Below, piece by piece: positions 13,831 to 26,401 of a DNA stretch of 64,000 nucleotides. The number at the start of each line of letters is the position of its first letter. Position 1 is the first letter of the stretch. Source of the stretch: Azolla caroliniana (lineage: Eukaryota; Plantae; Polypodiophyta); assembly GCA_043228905.1 (NCBI GenBank), contig JBHGNT010000007.1, positions 19,592,001 to 19,656,000 on the forward strand. Reading direction: 5' to 3'. The translations under genes were made by a program, and so were the position numbers. Below the pieces are notes generated by a model that saw only the letters and a program-made list of their open reading frames with translations, did not search any database and had not been told where the DNA came from.

Positions 13831-14023
13831 TCTCTCCCTCTCTTATTTTTTATGATTGGGTAAATACCCTATTTTGTTGTACACCAATTGTCTTATGGGC
13901 CAAATTTGGCCTTAGAAGATGTTAATATGTCTTCTTTCTTTCTTTCTTTCTACATAGTATGTTTCCTATCTCCAAGCTTCTAGGTCAAAAGAGATTTTGA
14001 AGTTGGACATAGTTTACTCGAAT

Positions 14024-14095
14024 GGATGTAGCTCAGTTGGTAAGGTTGCCCCAATGGAGATGAGGTGGTCGTGGGTACAATCCCCTACATTTCCA
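14024..14095 (+). other. Degenerate tRNA-like sequence (tRNA pseudogene or SINE head)
   Basis: A-box-like TAGCTCAGTTGGTA and B-box-like GGTACAATCC at tRNA spacing, ending ...TTCCA. The anticodon arm is not convincingly paired. Confidence 0.45.
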
Positions 14096-14159
14096 TACTG
14101 GCATCTATTGAATTAAGAGATATATATGAAGTAAACTGTTTTATATTGAACACAGCCGT

Positions 14160-15170
14160 TTAGGATGAGTGCGTGAGGAAAGTGTAAACTGTTTTTGTGT
14201 TGTAAATACAGGTTTTCCACGGACATTGGCAACAAGCTAATCGACGAGAGGGCTGATGTGGAAAGAAGGAAGAATGTGTAAGAGAAAAGGATGGGGTATG
14301 GTGGCGGGGTCATAGTCGACAATCGTGAGTGGGTGGGGAATTTTTACACTAATTTCTGTTTTTAATACAGGTTTTTCGTCAACAGTGCAAGATGTTTATC
14401 GCCAAGAGGGCTGACGTGGACTGAATGAAGAATTTCTTGTTCTGTGATAAGGATGAGGGAAGATGGCGGGGGGGTCGAAGCCGTCTATCATGAGTGAGGA
14501 AACTTTGAGATTAACTGTTTTGTTATTGATACAGGTTTTTTCGTGGACATTGGTCATGACGATAATTGGCTAGACGGTTGATGGGGATTGAACGAAGAAA
14601 TTTTCTGTGTGAAAGTGATAAGGTTGAGTGAAGATGGTGGGGAGGGTGAAGCCGACTATAACGAGTGGGTGAGAAAATGTTTACACTAATTTTGTGTTGA
14701 TCAATACAGGATATGCGTGGACATTGCCACCGTGTTAATTGGTGAGATGGCTGATGTCGACTGTATGAAGAATTTCTGTGTTAAGGATGAGTGAAGATGG
14801 TGGGGAGGGTGAAGCCGACTATAACGAGTGGGTGAGGAAATGTTTACATTAATTTTGTGTTGTTCAATACAGGATATGCGTGGACATTGCCATCGTGGTA
14901 TTTGGTGAGATGGCTGATGTCGACTGAATGAAGAATTATTGTGTTAAGGATGAGTGAAGATGGTGGGGAGGGTCGAAGCCAATGTGCAGGAGTGGGTGAG
15001 GACATGTTTTAACCTAAGTTTTTGTTGATTATACAGGATATGCGTGGACATTGGAACCAGGTTAATCGGTGAGATGGCTGATGTCGACTAAAGGAAGAAA
15101 TATTTGTGGTGAGGATGAGTGAAGATGATGGGGAGGGTCGAAGCCAATCATCACGAGTGGGGACTGTTTT
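14160..15170 (+). repeat. Diverged tandem repeat, ~160-175 bp unit, ~6 copies
   Basis: Recurring TACAGG...GGACATTG...GGCTGATGT...GATGAGTGAAGATGGTGGGGAGGG...GAGTGGGTGAG, with unit starts near 14208, 14367, 14531, 14706, 14868 and 15033. Confidence 0.8.
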
Positions 15171-15852
15171 GGTGTTGTGTTTTCAACGGCAACAGCCGAG
15201 GAAGGTTCAATCTTGCATGGGAAAAGACAGACAAAGATACAAGAAGTTGGACAGATTTATGAGCTTGGAAAGTCAGCTTGAAGAAGACTACGGCCAAGAA
15301 GTAGCAGATTACCTCAATGGCTTGATTGGAGAGAGCAGTTTTGTATTACCTAAGTGGTACAAAAGGACATTCACAAGGGAAAATTAAAGGCCAAGGAACG
15401 GGAACAGCTATTGGACAACCAGGTGATGGTGAACAACTTTAGTACATGCGGAACCAAATGCAAACATGGAGTTTTTAGACTACTAGCCATGATTACCACC
15501 AAGATATGTATTCTCTTGGACCGCAGGAATTTGTTTATAGGTTGAATATGGGTATACTAAAGAGCTTTAGTATATGTGGAATCACATTCAGCCAATGTTG
15601 GCTGCAACATGATGTTTTTAGAGGCCATAACAAATGCCATCATTATTTGGTCCCTTTTTTACGATATATACTTATGGAGTGGAAACTATTATGTACAATT
15701 TGTAGATTGCCTTTGGCATTGTTAATTTTAATACCAATGGAGCATATTTTTTATGGAAAAAAAGAGATATATATGAAGTATATAATAAAGAGGTGAGAAA
15801 ATTGGGTTATGTTAGGTATACTCTTGTCTATGTACCTGAGGCTTTTCTCATA

Positions 15853-16470
15853 GGGAAAAATCTGCACATATATAATGGGAACGAATTCATCATATAATTT
15901 ACCATCTCAAAGAAATAAGGCAAAGTGAAAGGAGGGAAAAATCTGCACATATATAATGGGAACGAATTCATCATATAATTTACCATCTCAAAGAAATAAG
16001 GCAAAGTGAAAGGAGGGAAAAATCTGCACATATATAATGGGAACGAATTCATCATATAATTTACCATCTCAAAGAAATAAGGCAAAGTGAAAGGAGGGAA
16101 AAATCTGCACATATATAATGGGAACGAATTCATCATATAATTTACCATCTCAAAGAAATAAGGCAAAGTGAAAGGAGGGAAAAATCTGCACATATATAAT
16201 GGGAACGAATTCATCATATAATTTACCATCTCAAAGAAATAAGGCAAAGTGAAAGGAGGCTTTTCTCATAGGGAAAAATCTGCACATATATAATGGGAAC
16301 GAATTCATCATATAATTTACCATCTCAAAGAAAGAAGGCAAAGTGAAAGGAATTTGGGAAATCAAAGAAAAGAGGAAAAATATGCACATTTGGAACGAAT
16401 TGATCATATAATTTGCCATCTCAAAGAAGTAAGGCAAAGTGAAAGGAATTTGGGAAATCAAAGAAAAGAG
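15853..16470. repeat. 81-bp minisatellite: 5 identical copies plus 2 diverged copies, upstream of the 16865 RLP
   Basis: Unit gggaaaaatctgcacatatataatgggaacgaattcatcatataatttaccatctcaaagaaataaggcaaagtgaaagga. It produces the 27-aa repeat in spurious ORF 15828..16247. Confidence 0.95.
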
Positions 16471-16864
16471 GAGTTGAATTTGGGCAATTTCCATATGTAT
16501 CTATGTATCTATAAGTATGGATACTTTTATACATGCATATATGCAAATACACATACATAATAGCTTTTGAAACAAAGTACTCCTTTGTATCTATCTACTT
16601 TAGGCATGGTTCCACCCATCACCATCACACTTTACATATGTAAAGCCTTGCTCTGTTTCCTTCAATATCTTCCTTCTCCTCAATTTCCTAGCATTTATTT
16701 CACCTTTCTCATATCCATATCACCACCACCACCCTTACTACTGATAACAAATATCAAATTACATCTTAATGTCTAGATTCAACAACTGTACAAGAAGATG
16801 TAAAGATAACATGTCTACAAATGCTTCAAACTACTCCCTTTGCATGTATGTATCCACTCTAAAA

Positions 16865-18949
16865 ATGGTTAGACCCATCACCATTACTAGTAATTTGTAT
16901 TGCTCTCTATTTCTCCTGTCCTCTCTTGGGCTTCTACAAACCTCCGATTCTTGCACGAGAGGAGATGCCGATGCCCTTCTCCAATTCATGAATTCTGTGA
17001 ACATAACATCTCTCAAGAAAGGTTGGAGCTTAAGCAGCAGGAATGGGAGCTGTTGTGATTGGGAAGGAGTGAGTTGTGATGCTGTTTCTGCACAGATTCT
17101 GGGCATTTCTCTCTCCAGCAAAGGTCTTAATGGGAGTTTATCTCAAGGATTGGCCAACATTCCATCTCTTCAAGTTCTCAATGTTTCTAATAATCACTTT
17201 TATGGGCCTCTCCCACAAGACCTCTCAACACTCTCATCCCTTCACACTCTTGATGTCAGTAGCAACCATTTTTCAGGCCAGATCTCTGATGTACTAGTGA
17301 ATTTCAGCTCTTTGCAAGTGCTTAACCTCTCAACCAATGCCTTCAATGGTAGCTTGCCTTCCCCTTCTTTAAGGAATTTGAGCCTCTGGAGGAAATTCCT
17401 AGCAAGCAACAATGATTTAAGTGGAGATTTGCCACTCGTCCTATGCCAAACTGCCCCACTTCTTCAAGAGATGGATCTATCCTCTAACAATTTCTCAGGA
17501 ACAATCTCAAAAGGTATTGGACTTTGTGCCTCTCTTCAGGCATTAGATCTTGGTGATAACAACTTGGTGGGTAATCTACCCCAAGATCTGTACTACCTAA
17601 CCTCATTAACAATGCTTCGACTCACACGTAACTCTTTTGATGGCGAACTAGATAATGCTATCGGCAACCTAATTAATCTCTCTCATTTGATGTTGGATTC
17701 GAACAACTTCACCGGACAACTTCCCTCAAACCTCTCCTCGTGTACAAACCTAAAGGTATTCGCCGCAAACGCAAACAAATTCAATGGTTCATTGGATGTC
17801 CTTCGATTCAATCAATTCCCGATGCTAGAAAATCTTGATCTCAATAGCAATGCTTTTGTCGGGTCAATCCCACTCTCATTAACCGGGTGTGCAACGCTCA
17901 AGAGCATAAACTTTGCAAAGAACAAACTTTCAGGGAAGATCCCATCATCTTTGTATCGATTGAAGAACCTAACCGCACTCTTGTTATCAAGCAACAACCT
18001 TAATGGGAGCATAAGATCACTAGATGGAAGTGAGCATCTGGTGAGTGTGATCTTATCCAAGAATGTGTTCAACGAGGCACTTCCTGATAGGATGCAAGGG
18101 GTAACTAATCTACAAGTGTTCGCCCTCGGAAACATCCGTCTCTTTGGTTCCATTCCAGAGTGGTTGAGGAATTGCACAAAACTACAAGTGCTTGACCTTT
18201 CGTGGAACAACCTAACCGGATCGATCCCCCCATGGATAGGGTCCTTTCCACATCTTTTCTATTTGGACTTATCTAACAACTCTTTATCTGGAAGCATTCC
18301 GCCCGAATTGTTCTCATTGCCTACGTTGATACATCTCGATAACGACCTAACCGGATTGCAAGGGGTGGTTAGCAACCTCGCCATAAAACAAGAACTTGAT
18401 GTCCAAGGGCTACAGTACACACAAGTTTCAGCTTTTCCACCCTCAATTTACCTCTCCCACAACCACCTACAAGGGTCCATACCTTCACAAGTCGGTGCTT
18501 TTGTCTTGCTTTTAAAAATGGCTTTGAGTTTCAACAATTTGTCGGGAAACATCCCAGAGACGATAAGCAATATGACTGGTCTAGAGAGCCTTGATTTATC
18601 ATATAACTCTCTCACTGGTGGAATACCTTCGTCATTGACGATGCTCAGTTTTCTAGCTTATTTCAATGTTTCGTACAATCAACTCGAGGGTTCAATACCT
18701 CTCGACAACCAATTCTTGACATTTTCTAACAAAAGTTATGAAGGGAACTCTGGTCTATGTGGTGCCCCTTTATCCTTTCCTTGTGGGAATGATGATGCCA
18801 CCAAGTCCAACCCCAATTCCACCTCAAGTAGGGGGAAAATCCCGATTAAGGCCACTGATATTTTTGAACTGATTGGTGTGGTCATTGGTTATGTTGCATT
18901 GATAGTGGGTTGGTTTACTTGGGATCTCACTAGAAAAAAGATGGGATAA
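16865..18949 (+). CDS. LRR receptor-like protein (PSKR/RLP2/RLP3-like) with full island domain; likely start MVRPITIT at 16865 (the ORF track starts at 16769)
   Basis: Signal peptide, LRRNT CCDWEGVSC, many LRRs, island ending GLQYTQVSAFPPSIYL (like the LQYxQ...PPxIYL motif of PSKR/PSY1R/RLP2), GNSGLCG cap, TM helix, RKKMG tail. Confidence 0.95.
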   Translation: MVRPITITSNLYCSLFLLSSLGLLQTSDSCTRGDADALLQFMNSVNITSLKKGWSLSSRNGSCCDWEGVSCDAVSAQILGISLSSKGLNGSLSQGLANIPSLQVLNVSNNHFYGPLPQDLSTLSSLHTLDVSSNHFSGQISDVLVNFSSLQVLNLSTNAFNGSLPSPSLRNLSLWRKFLASNNDLSGDLPLVLCQTAPLLQEMDLSSNNFSGTISKGIGLCASLQALDLGDNNLVGNLPQDLYYLTSLTMLRLTRNSFDGELDNAIGNLINLSHLMLDSNNFTGQLPSNLSSCTNLKVFAANANKFNGSLDVLRFNQFPMLENLDLNSNAFVGSIPLSLTGCATLKSINFAKNKLSGKIPSSLYRLKNLTALLLSSNNLNGSIRSLDGSEHLVSVILSKNVFNEALPDRMQGVTNLQVFALGNIRLFGSIPEWLRNCTKLQVLDLSWNNLTGSIPPWIGSFPHLFYLDLSNNSLSGSIPPELFSLPTLIHLDNDLTGLQGVVSNLAIKQELDVQGLQYTQVSAFPPSIYLSHNHLQGSIPSQVGAFVLLLKMALSFNNLSGNIPETISNMTGLESLDLSYNSLTGGIPSSLTMLSFLAYFNVSYNQLEGSIPLDNQFLTFSNKSYEGNSGLCGAPLSFPCGNDDATKSNPNSTSSRGKIPIKATDIFELIGVVIGYVALIVGWFTWDLTRKKMG

Positions 18950-19499
18950 GATTCGACCACATAAAATCTCAAAGTCTAGTTTATATTCAATAATATAATG
19001 GATTTTAAGGGAAAATGTCATCCAATTTTGTAGTTTCTCTTTTCCATAGTCATAAAGGACATCCAACGTTGGTTCCAAACCTTTTATGAGTTCAATGTAA
19101 CAAACTATGCACGTGTTTTCAATTTCCCTTGGCACAATATAAACCCAAAGGTCTATGCTAATATGGAACACATGTATCGAGCCAAGAGTCAAGAACCTAA
19201 TGCCCTACATTCCTCTCTTTTTTATTCCTAGAGCAAAAGAAACTGCTCTACATAGAGATGAGTTGAATTAGAAGAAAGCAAAGAAAAATAGTGGAGCTTA
19301 TGACCATTCACAAAAGATGGGGTTGTCTACCGACCAACAACAATCCCCAACCATTTCACGTTGGTGCTTGCTTCCATCACTATGTTTGATCATCTATAAA
19401 CCTTTGACCCCCAATATTGTGCATGATCAAGATGATGTTGACATGTTGAGGAGTTGTAGTACTAGTTCTCACGTTTTGAGGATAGAAAGAGAGAGTCCT

Positions 19500-21154
19500 A
19501 CAGGCCAATCCACTTGTAGAGCCACCTAAAGTTCATTTGGTGCCTCCCTTTATTCAACAACACACATGCACACACAACTCCAATGTTTGCTAAAGCCCAA
19601 GCAACACTTCTTATGTTGTTATTCAACTAGATATTGCTCCAACCACTTCCCAATGAAAACCATACCAAGGAGCATATTGATGATCATGATTCTCTCATTG
19701 ACTATATCAATATTCCTAACCTAACATTCAATTACAACTATTTCACATCCTCTTGACATATTCTTTGTTTCAAGAACCCAAATACCATGATTTCCGACAA
19801 GTTTGGACAAGACCTAGGTTTTGAAATGAATGGTGGACACATCCTCTTGACAGATCCAATGTTCCAAGAACCCAAACATAATAATTGCAACAAGCCTGGA
19901 CGAGTCCTAGCTTTTGATATCAATGTTTGGGCTTAAGTTATGGTCTACCTTCCATCGTCATAAGTTACCTAGAAATTTTGCAAACTTAAATCTTCCTATC
20001 AATAGTATGATTCGCTAAGGAGAGTTCCATCAGTATGAATCTCTTCTTGATGATGCATTCTAATAGTATGATGTTCAAAAATTGAAGGATGAATCTTTAA
20101 TTTTAAGTAGGAACTAAGATAAAATGGTGAAAAATGATGTGCATCTAGTCCATGTATGTATATTGAGCATAGTTCTTTATGAAATCTACTTTGTCTCTAT
20201 GAATCTAAATATATTGTAAATGTGGATATTTTCAAAGAAAATCGCTCTTTTTCACATTCCATAGTTTTTACAAATCAATGACACTTGTAGCATATTGTTC
20301 ATTGATTACACAAACACATGGTTATTAAAAACATGAATTTCTTGATTAATTTTCACTTTAGCATAAATGTCAATGACTTACTCCATTGGCTAGGCCCCAT
20401 CCTGTAGATTGAATTTTTGTGTGTATATTAGCATTATGAAAAATCTTATCATATTTATGTATATCTACATAGTAATCTTAAATTAATTTAAAGAGAAAGT
20501 ATATGAATCATTGTTCACAACAATATTTTCAAAAGAGCTTGGTATTACTAAACAAAAGTCTAAATAAAGGTGGTCTTTGAGTCTCATTTGTGTCGTACAC
20601 AAGCCATGCCAATTGGTTTTTTTATAGTGTTATTTTGAAGATGCATAACGTAAAGGTTTTCAAGTAAGATAATTCACATTCATACTGAAAAAGACAATGT
20701 TGAGGTGGGTGAAATATCTATGTCATAAGGGCCATATGTAATGAACATTATATATTTATTGGAGTTGACCCAAAGAATAAAAAGCAATTTATCATTAATC
20801 ATAGTGTCTTTCAATATCTCTCGTGCTCGTTTTTCTTTTGTCTTGTTGCCTTAGTGATATACACCACAACATTAATGTCATAAATTTTAGAGAAGCCATG
20901 TTTGGTCCTTGCCATGGGCTTGGCCTTGTCCCATTGATCGCAATTGGTCTCTCGCTAAACTACAAATTTTTATTATCTAGGGAGTGGATTAGGCTCATGC
21001 CCCCACGCCCCCCAATTGGCAAGTTTATGGGTTATTTTTCTAGTAAACTATGAAACTATAACCCTATACAATATTTTGTTGAATCTATTTTTAACAATAA
21101 TGAGAAGTTATTGAGTTGGGTTACAATTTTATGCTTAACAACCAATTCTTTATA
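19500..21154. repeat. Duplicated intergenic segment, paralogous to ~10530-11600
   Basis: Colinear identity, e.g. gagagttccatcagtatgaatctct and gagaagttattgagttgggttaca. Similarity stops abruptly at the MULE end (21155). Confidence 0.85.
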
Positions 21155-22850
21155 GGGAAAAGTACCAGGATACCCTTGGAAGTTCGCCTATTTACCAGAA
21201 TGCCCCTCTAAGTTCCAAATTTACCAAACTACCAATATGTCCAAAAATTACACTTTATAAAGTAATTATACACTCAAATCTACAAGCCCTATTTACCAGA
21301 ATACCCTTCAAACACAAATTTCTTTACTTAAGCGATTCTTTGGGTCCTTTGTACCTAACAGTGTAGTCTTTCTTTTCTTTCTTGTTCATTTGGTTGATCA
21401 ATCCTCTTCAGCATCAGGATCCATATATGTGGTCATTTCTCTATGTTAAGGTTTGCTCTTTCTTCTTTTATTATTCAATCCCCTTTTCCTTCTAATTTCT
21501 CTTTTTCATGTATCCTTCAACTTTTATTTATTTATTTATTTATTTTTCTTCTTCTTCTCTCTGTCTCTCTCTCATTTCGATGGTTGATGTCTCTCATAGG
21601 ATGGCTTTGGTGGAGGGAAGGCAATTTGACTTGTAATAATTACGTGTTAATTTTGATCCTTCTACAAAAAGTGTAATTCCAAAAATATCCACAAAATCAA
21701 TGACACTATCGACTCAACAAAATATCTAATAATGCACAATCGTCACTAAATTGGCTAATGAGCACCGCCGGCCCCTCACATTGGGCTACATGTAAGTTTT
21801 CAGGGAAAATGTTTAGACACTTGACATATAACATTGCTGAGCCCTTAAATGCATGGTTGTTAGAGCCTTGAGTTATGTCAATTCTAGGGATGATGGAATT
21901 GATACGCCAAAAGATAATGTCATGATTTTATGAAAGGAGGGTTAATGGAGAAACTTCTAAAGCACGTATTGGATTAGTTAATGGAGAGATAACACATGAT
22001 GCATTGGTTGGATATGCAGAGAAATTCATTACAGAATCCATACAATGTGGAAGACTATACCATATTTTGCCATCTACTAATGATGTTTTTGAGATCCATA
22101 CTCTGAAACATGCTAGGATTTTTTATGTGGATAAGAAGATATGTACTTGTGGACAATGGCAGGATATGGGGTTACCTTGTGGACATGCAGCGATTGCTAT
22201 TTTGTTTTGAAAGGAAAGAGTTCAATCTTTTGCACACAAGGCATATTTGTTGCAATCATATTGTGATACTTACAAGGAGCCAATATTTCATGTTGTTGTA
22301 ACGCATGATAATATTGTTGGAAGCATGTTACCACTAGCCACACGAAGACCTTCTGGACGTCCAAAAACCAAACATATACGCACAATAGAAGAAGGCACAA
22401 AGAAGAAAGAACATTGTTGTGGACGGTGTCGTGGGAAAGGACACAATGCTCGCAATTGTAGGGCCCCAATTAGTGACGATTGTGCATTATTAGATATTTT
22501 GTTGAGTCGATAGATATATTTGATTTTGTGGAAATTTTTGGAATTACACTTTTTGTAGACAAATCAAAATTAACATGTATTTATTACAAGTCAAACTGCC
22601 TTCCCTCCACCAAAGCCATTCTATGAGAGACATCAACCATCGAAATGAGAGAGAGAGATAGGAAAGAAGAAGAAAAAGAAAAAGAAAAAGAAATCTTTGA
22701 AGGATATAGGAAAAAGAGAAATTAGAAGGAAAAGGGGATTGAATAATAAAAGAAAGAAAGAGCAAACCTAAACATAGAGAAATGACCACATATAAACAGA
22801 GAGAGAGCAAACCTAAACATAGAGAAATGACCACATATAAACAGAGAGAG
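21155..22850 (+). mobile_element. Mutator/MULE DNA transposon remnant
   Basis: G-rich terminus GGGAAAAGTACC at the point where homology with the paralogous segment (~11600) ends. Degenerate transposase 3' part has a SWIM finger (CTCGQWQDMGLPCGHA) and a zinc knuckle (CGRCRGKGHNARNC). The right end was not found. Confidence 0.85.
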
Positions 22851-25800
22851 AATTAGAATTAGAATTAGAATTTTTATCGTCCATAAAGAGGCCAACTTTG
22901 ACCTATGGGACCAAAGTATACATGTGTTCTTGATATATGTCTCCTTCCTAAGAAGGCGTATTCATATGTTGAAGCACAAAGTCTCTATGTGTTAATAAAA
23001 CATACACATATGAGCTCAACCTTCTAGGTGGTGTCTTAAGTATGGATCTTAAGTTATCACTCCCTCTTAATATGTCAACATATCTTGAACGAATTGCACT
23101 ATATGTCGAGCATGTGAAGAGCAAGTGACATTCATCCTCTACCATGCCTTCATTGCATACTTTACTTGTCTTCAAATTCGTTACATTTTGATACCATGAT
23201 ACAACTTCAATACCTAACTTGTGAGATCGAGTGTGAAGTAGTGTAAGGGCTCTATGAGCATTGCTACTCATATTGGTAATGAGATAAGGTTGGATACGAT
23301 CAATAGACATTCTTGCTTTATATTGAGACCAACATTCAGGGTTGACATTTGCAATGTAGTATTCTAGCTTTGTCCTCTTAGCATCCTCCCACTTCATCCT
23401 TAATGATTCCACCAACCTTTCCTCAATCATTACATATTACATAGCATTGCTTGAAAGCTCTAAAAGATCATCCACACCCCATCTTCTAAACCATTTCTTT
23501 ATGTCAACAACCCAACTAGATGAGAGAATCTTACTTTTATGATTCTTTTATAGCTTACATCCAACATTCCAAGAAAGATGTGGTAATTGATGATTCGGCA
23601 TATTCTTGACTTTGGTAATCCAACATTCCAAGAAAGAACACCTGTTTCCAAGAGCATAACCTGGTAAGAGGTAGTGCATTTAACTCCTAATGGCCTCCTT
23701 AAAAACATCTTTTGAATTTTCTCAATCTCGTTCCATGCATTAAGAGAGATGGTGCCACACCATACTTCTACTCCATAAAGCAATACTTGAGTTACCATGG
23801 CATTGAACAACATTAATTTTACTTCCCATCCACAAGTATCACTTTGGTTGCATTGGTTCTCCAAAAGGTAATATGATTTCCAACCGGTTTGGAGTCTAGA
23901 ATCAATTTATTTGTGGCGGGTACATCAATACCAAGATATTTAAAGCTTTGAAAAAATTGTATATGTTCACCTTTATATGTGAGCATAGGGTAATGATGAG
24001 GTTGGATGGTTTGCACTACCATCATTTTTGTTTTCTCCACATTCACTGCTAGTCCACTACTATGGCAAAATTCTTCTAATACCCCAAGTAAATGTTGCAT
24101 ACTATCAACATCATATGAGAAGAGTACCACATCATCTGCATATAGAAGCAATAAGATAACATGTTGCATAAAATTGGGGCCATTCAATCCTTCTTCTCTT
24201 GCAACCTTATTCACCACTTCTTCTAATTTATCAATACATAAGCCAAAGAGTGTGGGTGATAGTGGACATCCTTGCTTGACCCCCATGTTACTTAAAAGCT
24301 CTTTGAGAATCCACTATCCATTTTTAGTTGGCCTTTCACTTGTTCATATAAGCGTGCAACCGCAACTCGGTACTCTAATGGCATGTCAATGTCAACCATT
24401 CTATTCCAAAGCTCACTTTGTGGTACGGTATCAAAAGCTTTCTTGAAATTAACAAAACAACAATAAAGTGTTTTTCCTTGTAGTCGACTCTCTTCCATGA
24501 TTACTCTTAATGTGACCAAATGATCCACGGTGGAGTGTTTTGGTCTAAATCCGGCTTGCCCAAGTGCTCTTTTGCTTGTATTCTCAGCCCATGTGCTTAT
24601 CTTTTGCTCCATAATAGTACTATATAATTTAGCGATAGTTGAGCTCACCATTATTATACGATAATTTGCTACTTGATTCTTATCTCCACCTTTAAATATT
24701 GGTTTAATCCAATTCATAAACCAATCATTTGGAAATCCTTGTTTTATAGCTTGCTCTAAAATTGTCATTATCCAATGACGAGTGGGTGGCATTGTCCATT
24801 TTAAAAGCTCACTTGAGACGTAGGTTGAATCTGCTGCTTTCCCACTTGCCATCTTCTTTATTCCCTTATTGACATCATCAATATCGATACATGTAGTGCA
24901 TGGTGTTTCAATTTTCTCAACCATAGGAGCCACACTGTCATGCATATATAACCTTTGTACATAGTCTAACATCTCTTCATTTGTAAAGTGACCTTTGACA
25001 TCTTCTTTCTTACCCTTGAGTTGTCCCCATGCTAATTTTGGTTTGAGCTTAAACAAGTTTTTCTTTTTCATCTCTTGCATTTGGAAATATCTTCTTTTCT
25101 TTCTCCTCACTACTTTCTTCTATATGTGCCATGCAACAATCTTTTCATTCCCCCCTTCAATGGACTTAAACCATTTGAGATACATCTTACATTCATCGTC
25201 GAACCAAGAATTACATGGAAAACTACACACCTTATGCCCACCCACATGTCTCTTAAAGCATTGACATCCAACCTTAAGGATTATATCCTTCAAATGTTGC
25301 CAATTTTCTTTAACATCGTTGCTTAGAGAAAAATTTAACAAATGGTTCTCCACTTCATTTGCATACATCTTAGCTTTTTTGTAGCAAGGTCGGATAATAC
25401 ATCTCTTTTCGTCTTTCACTTCACGACATCTAGTGGAATGTGAAATTGTAAGCTCTAAGTACAATGGCTTGTGGTTTGAGTCCGGAGATAGAGAACCAAC
25501 TTTAAACACATTCACCAATGATAGATCACATGCCAACATTAATGCATAATCAACCACACTTCCTCCACCCGAGGATGGTAAACATGTGAGCACATTTGTC
25601 AATGGGAATGCCTTTATACCATTTAGGATAATCAAGTTTGTGCAATTTGGCATATGTATCAAAATTTTTCCATAATCTGACATGACACAATCCTCTAAGT
25701 CACGCAATAGACAATGTTCTACTACATTTTCTTCAAATGTCTCCACGTTTTGGAAATTTCCAACTCTTGCATTGAAGTCTCCCATAATTAAAACTTTACC

Positions 25801-26150
25801 AAGATTCTCAAATGAAAGTATATCATGGCATAACTCTGTAAAAGGATCATCACAATCTAACCCAAACCTACAATAGTAGTTTGAGTCTTTGTGAGGAATG
25901 TAACATGCAACTATATACAACTTCTCTTTCCCCAAATTAACCTCTATCCATATGTATCTCTTATAGTCATCATATTTGCATACTTTGATAGAATTATCTA
26001 AACTCTCATGGTAGATACATGCTATCCCGGCATGCCCAATATTCCCTTTGGAGTGAGGCCATATTGATTTTATGAGGTAACCGTCTATCTTAGGTATATG
26101 TTTTGCCTCATGCTCCCATGTTTCAGCCAAAAATATAATATCCATACCTT
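22851..26150 (-). mobile_element. RTE/RTEX-like LINE retrotransposon, 5'-truncated, degenerate
   Basis: APE endonuclease motifs (IFLAETW, IMGDFNAR, VVDY), RT motifs (QAGFR, FKKAFD, GVKQGCPLSPTLF, LLYADD, FKYLG), C-terminal EDECHLLFTC, and a 3' microsatellite tail (TTCTAA)n at 22851-22873 typical of RTE-like LINEs. Confidence 0.9.
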
Positions 26151-26157
26151 GAGAGAG

Positions 26158-26224
<67 letters not shown>

Positions 26225-26401
26225 CGAATTCGTTTTTGTTGTTGCACTCTCTATCGGCAACGGAATTGGGCACAAAGAAAAGCGTTAGAAAGCCCTCAAT
26301 TAGAGCTTCGTAACAAGATATAGCACATTAAATTTGGTGGTCTGTACGAGAAGTAACAATAGAAATAAGGAATATTGTGTTATTGGCATCCACATACTTA
26401 A

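Noticed and set aside
11930-13930. Solo LTR with GA/CT microsatellites
   Set aside because: Composition and a TGTAACA start are suggestive, but no matching terminus, TSD or second copy could be identified.
15828-16494. Repeat proteins (PYFFEMVNYMMNSF...)
   Set aside because: Translation of the 81-bp minisatellite; no coding evidence.
3783-16768. Kinase exons that would make the LRR genes receptor kinases (PSKR)
   Set aside because: Each gene stops a few residues after the TM helix, and no kinase motifs appear in any downstream ORF.
16769-16864. N-terminal 32-aa extension of the RLP
   Set aside because: It would bury the signal peptide, and the homologous DNA upstream of the other paralogs is not in frame. 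The ATG at 16865 is preferred.
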